Below, one piece after another: positions 26,155 to 30,373 of a stretch of DNA of 30,373 nt; the stretch's first letter is position 1, and each line of letters starts with the position of its first letter. Below the pieces are notes generated by a model, which did no database searches, was not told the DNA's origin, and worked only from the letters and a program-made list of their open reading frames with translations. The position numbers and the translations under genes are program-made. The stretch is from positions 1 through 30,373 of IMG/VR virus record IMGVR_UViG_3300005859_000005. One strand, written 5' to 3'.

Positions 26155-26186
26155 CAATATTCCTTATATTATTTATATGGTATATT
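26155..26186 (-). promoter_or_regulatory. 32-bp dyad, copy C of the modular upstream element
   Basis: Exact reverse complement of 11812-11843. Confidence 0.75.
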
Positions 26187-26228
26187 AGATTTGTCTCTTT
26201 TTATTACACATTTTGTAAAAAAATAATT

Positions 26229-26597
26229 ATGTCAGTTAAAGATGAATTTTTAAATATTTTCGGACCTGTAAGAATTGCAATAGATAAGATTAGAGAACTA
26301 GAAAATAGAGGACAGATTTACGGTCTATCTCGTTATTTACCACATTCAATTATTGTTTTAAAAAATGCAGAAATACCTATGGTAGTAGATTTATATATAC
26401 CAGGATTTACTTTCTATTTCCAGTTTCTTATAGCAAAAGATAAGAAAACTAACACAATTTTTATAGCAGATTTTCGAGTAGTTTATCCACAGCCTTACGC
26501 TAAACAAGTAGACTCAACATATCAGAAATTCAGTGAAACTGATGATACGAATTTAGATAATTTAAGAGATGAGATGGAGGGATTAGAAGATGAATGA
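26229..26597 (+). CDS. Conserved rudiviral protein (SIRV ORF110-like); start moved to ATG 26229 (122 aa)
   Basis: The upstream extension in the ORF track is antisense to 25858..26091 and intergenic; MSVKDEFLNIFG onward looks coding. Confidence 0.75.
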   Translation: MSVKDEFLNIFGPVRIAIDKIRELENRGQIYGLSRYLPHSIIVLKNAEIPMVVDLYIPGFTFYFQFLIAKDKKTNTIFIADFRVVYPQPYAKQVDSTYQKFSETDDTNLDNLRDEMEGLEDE

Positions 26598-26811
26598 GAT
26601 AACTCTTATTCTCACAATAATTTCTACATTTGTAACTACATTATTCGCAATTGTACAACTTTATATAAAAATAAAACAAGCTCTAAAAGATGCTGTAAAA
26701 GAAATAGTAAATTCTGAACTACAAAATCTAAAATCGGAAATTGAAGAATTAAAGATAAATCAAAATGAACTTAAACAACAAATTGAGGAATTAAAAAAGA
26801 AATTGGACTAA
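26590..26811 (+). CDS. N-terminal TM plus coiled-coil protein (SIRV ORF84/74-like)
   Basis: Hydrophobic residues ~4-25 followed by heptads LKSEIEELK...LKQQIEELKK. Confidence 0.8.
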   Translation: MNEITLILTIISTFVTTLFAIVQLYIKIKQALKDAVKEIVNSELQNLKSEIEELKINQNELKQQIEELKKKLD

Positions 26812-26866
26812 GATTTTATAATATTTTATATTTGTCCTATTTTATCCTTTTACATGGTTAAAAAAA

Positions 26867-27292
26867 ATGGAAGAAAAATGTCTTGTAGTTACAAGACATG
26901 AATTAATATCCAAACAAATTGAAGATATTAAGAAAGTTTGTAAATCCATAGATATAATACCAGCTCTTCCAACAGAATTTGAGAAATTAAAAGAACAATT
27001 AAAAGAATATAATACTGTAATTGCAAATTTGCCAATTCCAATAATTTTAACAATTCTACAATTAAAGAAAAATGTCTATACATTTAAAATTGAAAATCTC
27101 GAAACTGTAAAATATGAATCTGATTACGAACTTGAAAAACAAAAAATTCTCGAAAAATATAAAGATATTAAAGATTTATTAATTATACAAGACCCTGATT
27201 TAAAAACTAAAACATTTAGAATTTCAAAATATACAGGATTACAGAAAATTATTAAGATTGATATAATTACAAATGATATAACGAAATGGTGA
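26867..27292 (+). CDS. Alpha/beta protein with Csx16/Csx20-like motifs; candidate ring nuclease
   Basis: LVVTRH...QIEDIKK...VIANLP...FRISKYTG; function inferred. Confidence 0.5.
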   Translation: MEEKCLVVTRHELISKQIEDIKKVCKSIDIIPALPTEFEKLKEQLKEYNTVIANLPIPIILTILQLKKNVYTFKIENLETVKYESDYELEKQKILEKYKDIKDLLIIQDPDLKTKTFRISKYTGLQKIIKIDIITNDITKW

Positions 27293-27498
27293 AAAAAATG
27301 GTAAGAGAAATAGATTTGATAAAAATCGAAGTTCTTCTACAACTTCAATTAGGATTAATTGAGGAACTTTTTGATAATGAAAATTTTACAGAAGATGATA
27401 AATTAACAGTTCTGGAAATGATTAAAAATTTGTCTGAAGAAATTAGTAAAGATATAGCAGTTATATTAAAACAAAATAAAGAAAATAAACAAACATAA
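27286..27498 (+). CDS. Small helical hypothetical protein
   Basis: 70-aa ORF; start may be ATG 27298 (GGTGA SD). Confidence 0.6.
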   Translation: MVKKMVREIDLIKIEVLLQLQLGLIEELFDNENFTEDDKLTVLEMIKNLSEEISKDIAVILKQNKENKQT

Positions 27499-27514
27499 AA
27501 ACGGTGAAGTTATA

Positions 27515-27850
27515 ATGGAAATTATAAAAGATTATACTTTAGATGATTTAGATATGTTAATAATTTTAGCAATTGATAAAAAAGAAAATTCTAGTAAAAA
27601 AATTCATGAAACAGTTATAAAACTTTCAAAATTATTGAATATTAAACTTGATTGTATTGATAGTTATTGTGAAGATATTATTGAAAGATTAAATTCAAGG
27701 TCTAGAATACCATTTTGGATTAAGAGAAATTATAAATATAAATTAACAGAATTAGGAAGGAAAACGTATACCGAATTGATAGAAATATTAAAGAAAAAAG
27801 AAAGATGGGATATATTGAAAATATTAAATGGAAATAAAAATAAAAAATAA
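27515..27850 (+). CDS. Winged-helix DNA-binding protein
   Basis: YKLTELGRK wing signature (MarR/PadR-like); GGTGA SD. Confidence 0.7.
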   Translation: MEIIKDYTLDDLDMLIILAIDKKENSSKKIHETVIKLSKLLNIKLDCIDSYCEDIIERLNSRSRIPFWIKRNYKYKLTELGRKTYTELIEILKKKERWDILKILNGNKNKK

Positions 27851-27867
27851 ATAAGTAAAGAAAAAAG

Positions 27868-28185
27868 TTATAATTTTTTAACCAAATCCCTTATTAAACT
27901 TTTATCTGCAATTGTAAGTTTTAATTCTGGATTGTTAAGGATACTTGTACTTCCTGATTCCTTAACAAGTATAGCTAAATCCCTATGTAATAATCTTGAA
28001 CGATTAGGTCTAATATGATAAAACTCCAGATGAATAGATAGTCTACCAGTTTTCATTCCGCATATTGGACATCTGTAATTGTCAAAGTGTTTTTCCATAT
28101 GTCTCTTAAATTCTGTTTCGTTCTTTAATTCTATCTTACATAAATAACAATAGAATTTTTTCGGAACTCCTTTTATAGCTCCCAT
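27868..28185 (-). CDS. Double C2H2 zinc-finger protein, tandem paralog
   Basis: CYLC-x12-HMEKH and CPIC-x9-HLEFYH; RDLAILVKE tail. Confidence 0.85.
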   Translation of the reverse strand: MGAIKGVPKKFYCYLCKIELKNETEFKRHMEKHFDNYRCPICGMKTGRLSIHLEFYHIRPNRSRLLHRDLAILVKESGSTSILNNPELKLTIADKSLIRDLVKKL

Positions 28186-28203
28186 GGTTTATCACTTATA
28201 AAA

Positions 28204-28521
28204 TCATAATTTTTTCGAAAAATACCAAATTCTTTCTTTTTGTGAATGTGTTAATTCTATATTTAATTCCTTTAAGATTTTTGTAGTCCCGGCTTCCTTA
28301 ACAAGTATTGCTAAATCTCTGTATAACAGTCTAGAATGACTAGGTCTAATATGGAAAAGTGTGAGATGTTTCGATAAATCTCCAGTTGGAAATAGGCATA
28401 ATGGACATCTTAAATTGTCGTAATGGTTATATATATGTTTCTTAAATTCTTTTATAGACTTAACTTCTGTCTTACAAATTGGGCAATAATATATTTTTTT
28501 CATTCCCTTACCTATTCCCAT
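28204..28521 (-). CDS. Double C2H2 zinc-finger protein, tandem paralog (start moved to 28521, 105 aa)
   Basis: CPIC..HIYNH and CPLC..HLTLFH; GTC 20 nt before ATG 28521; N-terminus aligns with the paralog. Confidence 0.85.
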   Translation of the reverse strand: MGIGKGMKKIYYCPICKTEVKSIKEFKKHIYNHYDNLRCPLCLFPTGDLSKHLTLFHIRPSHSRLLYRDLAILVKEAGTTKILKELNIELTHSQKERIWYFSKKL

Positions 28522-28575
28522 AAAATATATTATTTTATATGACATTTATAAATGTTTTTTTACTTTTCGATTTTT

Positions 28576-29583
28576 TTATTCCAGAAATCTAACGTATAAA
28601 TTATTAATATCATATTTCTTGACTAATTCCCTTAGATTCTTACTTCTTTCTTCTCTATCTTGTAATTCTGTAGTTATTAATATTGCATTTATCATATCTT
28701 GAATGTCGAACTTATGAATTCTCCATTTTTGACCGTTATTCTTATCATAATATTCCTCAACTTCTGAAGATTTTATTAAGAGGTTCCACTGCCAACTTGT
28801 AAATTCGTCAAATGGAGGCATAAGTTGATGGATAACCGGAGTTCCCATAGCCATACTTTCCAAAACTGGCATTCCAAATCCTTCAGTTCCTGACGGCACA
28901 ATTGTATAGTCCATAACTCTATAAAATGCAAAAATATATTCTCTAGGATTTAGTCCAAATTCTGAAACAAAATGTACATTTCCAGGAACTTCCAAATCTT
29001 TGAATTGTTTATGAGAAATTACAAAAAAGTGGACTTTTTTAGCCAAATCTGGAACTTTTTTATTTAATTCTTGGAAAACTTTTACCATTAAATCCATATT
29101 CTTTCTCTTTGTCATCCCTGAAACTATTCCAAATTTCACAGTATTCGGAAAGTCTTTATCTAGTTTCTGTTTAAGTTGTGGAGCTAATTGTTCTGCTTTT
29201 TCTACAATTTCGAAATTAATACCATGAAAGACTGGTAAATCAACTTCCAAATTAACTTGTTGTAGATTTTGAGCTGAAAATTTAGAATTTGGAATAAATT
29301 TTATACCTTTTAATAGATATTGATTTACGATATTTATATTTGGAATTCCGTCACATGTTGTATAGAAATATTTCTTACCTTTGAATTGTTGATAAGCTAA
29401 AAGATATGGATTCAAAGATGGCGGATGAAATGGAATAAAAACAACAAGTTTTTCAGATTGTGGTAATATATACGGATTAGTTGAAATTGTTACATCTTCA
29501 CCATTTTTTCTAAGAACATATGCTATATCTTCTGTCACATTTCTTATAGATGAGTAATTCATAGTCAAAATTACAGTTTTCAT
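28576..29583 (-). CDS. GT-B (GT4) glycosyltransferase (SIRV ORF335-like)
   Basis: KRKNMD and PSGTEGFGMPVLESMAMGTPVI motifs. Confidence 0.93.
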   Translation of the reverse strand: MKTVILTMNYSSIRNVTEDIAYVLRKNGEDVTISTNPYILPQSEKLVVFIPFHPPSLNPYLLAYQQFKGKKYFYTTCDGIPNINIVNQYLLKGIKFIPNSKFSAQNLQQVNLEVDLPVFHGINFEIVEKAEQLAPQLKQKLDKDFPNTVKFGIVSGMTKRKNMDLMVKVFQELNKKVPDLAKKVHFFVISHKQFKDLEVPGNVHFVSEFGLNPREYIFAFYRVMDYTIVPSGTEGFGMPVLESMAMGTPVIHQLMPPFDEFTSWQWNLLIKSSEVEEYYDKNNGQKWRIHKFDIQDMINAILITTELQDREERSKNLRELVKKYDINNLYVRFLE

Positions 29584-29589
29584 AGAAGT

Positions 29590-29616
29590 TTTATAATTGT
29601 CATGACACTAATAAAT
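29590..29616. promoter_or_regulatory. Overlapping bidirectional TATA+GTC promoters centred on the TGTCATGACA palindrome
   Basis: TTTATAATTGTC-AT-GACACTAATAAA; ~20 nt to ATG 29583 (-) and ATG 29620 (+). Confidence 0.65.
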
Positions 29617-29619
29617 TTC

Positions 29620-29790
29620 ATGGGTTTGTTAATTTATGAATGCCCATATTGTAAGAAAGTTTACAAAACTGTAAACAGTATGAAAGCACATTTGAGAAAA
29701 TATCATGGAGTTTCCAGAATGGATAACGTAAAAAGAATTTCGACAAGAACATATAATTATGTAGAAACAAAAATTGAAGATAATGATTAA
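29620..29790 (+). CDS. Single C2H2 zinc-finger protein (SIRV ORF55-like position); start probably 29620
   Basis: YECPYCKKVYKTVNSMKAHLRKYH; promoter spacing. Confidence 0.85.
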   Translation: MGLLIYECPYCKKVYKTVNSMKAHLRKYHGVSRMDNVKRISTRTYNYVETKIEDND

Positions 29791-29854
29791 TTCTAAATTT
29801 GAAAATAGAAAAAACGAAAAAAGGAAAATAGCTTATAAGGAAATCTATAGTTTT

Positions 29855-30259
29855 TTAGCTTACGTATCCGTTAGGATTGCCTACAATTATATTAGTTACA
29901 GCATCAAGAATTTCTGGATTAGCGTTAAAAGCTGATATATAGTAAGCCTTTAATCCAGCTATCATATTCGTTAATGCTTGTCCGCCTCCAAGCCTATTTA
30001 AAGCTCTAGCAATTTTCATACCATAACCCTGATAAATTGCCCTACTAGGCCCAGTAACACCGTATTCAGAAAGTACGGCAGATACTTGTTCATTTACAGC
30101 TACGAATTTAGGAGCATTGGCTTGGAAGTTTTGCTGGGCTATTGGAGCTACATTAGTCAATATTGTGTTAGCTACAGTTGGATTGGAAAATGCTGTAAAT
30201 TTGGCTTGCCATTTCGCATATCTTTGTGCATAATCTCTTGGGGTATGACCTCTTGCCAT
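29855..30259 (-). CDS. Major capsid protein (SIRV ORF134 family)
   Basis: MARGHTPRDYAQRYAKWQAKFTAFSNPTVA...GLKAYYISAFNANP...GYVS, 134 aa. Confidence 0.97.
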   Translation of the reverse strand: MARGHTPRDYAQRYAKWQAKFTAFSNPTVANTILTNVAPIAQQNFQANAPKFVAVNEQVSAVLSEYGVTGPSRAIYQGYGMKIARALNRLGGGQALTNMIAGLKAYYISAFNANPEILDAVTNIIVGNPNGYVS

Positions 30260-30373
30260 GTCTGTTCAATTTACAATTTTTCTTCCTAAAATTTAAATTT
30301 TCACGTTCTATAACAAATATAATGTATATTATTTGTACAAATTGAGGAAAATTTAAAATTCGAAATTTTTACG

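Larger units (their letters stand above)
1..30373. mobile_element. Rudivirus (SIRV-like archaeal linear dsDNA virus) genome segment
   Basis: 134-aa SIRV-type MCP, Holliday junction resolvase, ~1060-aa fibre, three glycosyltransferases, recalled SIRV gene order, TATA+GTC promoters, very low GC. Confidence 0.97.

Noticed and set aside
25989-26228. N-terminal 80 aa of the 202-aa ORF, and ORF 26023..26226
   Set aside because: Overlaps the minus gene 25858..26091 and the intergenic dyad; the apparent TM character comes from T-rich DNA
30086-30289. 67-aa plus ORF
   Set aside because: Antisense to MCP
1-30373. tRNA/rRNA genes, IS elements, integrase
   Set aside because: No GC-rich cloverleaf or rRNA-like tract and no transposase or recombinase motifs seen by eye

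Overview
This is a very AT-rich, gene-dense segment of a rudivirus genome (Rudiviridae, SIRV-like rod-shaped virus of Sulfolobales). It runs from the variable near-terminal region (left) to the major capsid protein gene (right). No terminal hairpin is visible, and the Rep/SSB/ATPase/dUTPase genes are not in the window. Recognisable core genes: MCP, three glycosyltransferases, Holliday junction resolvase, ~1060-aa terminal-fibre protein, minor virion proteins, SAM methyltransferase, GNAT protein, TGT/DpdA-like transglycosylase and APC-type transporter. The first ~5 kb is a cluster of small co-oriented genes, most with their own promoter, that looks like an anti-defence island: an unlisted 55-aa HTH gene, an AcrIIIB1-like gene and a possible antitoxin mimic. 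The most unusual items are: (i) an ATP-dependent ligase-type nucleotidyltransferase inserted between two virion genes; (ii) no recognisable AcrIII-1 at its usual locus, but a Csx16/Csx20-like candidate ring nuclease elsewhere; (iii) a ~100-bp modular element repeated at identical spacing upstream of two paralogous virion genes, with partial copies at two more sites; (iv) a ~680-bp non-coding region with divergent promoters, hairpins and a CRISPR-repeat-like 3' end; (v) a fibre-like protein with 11 exact-period 20-aa repeats. Family and SIRV ORF assignments come from motifs, recalled sequences and recalled gene order; no database search was run.
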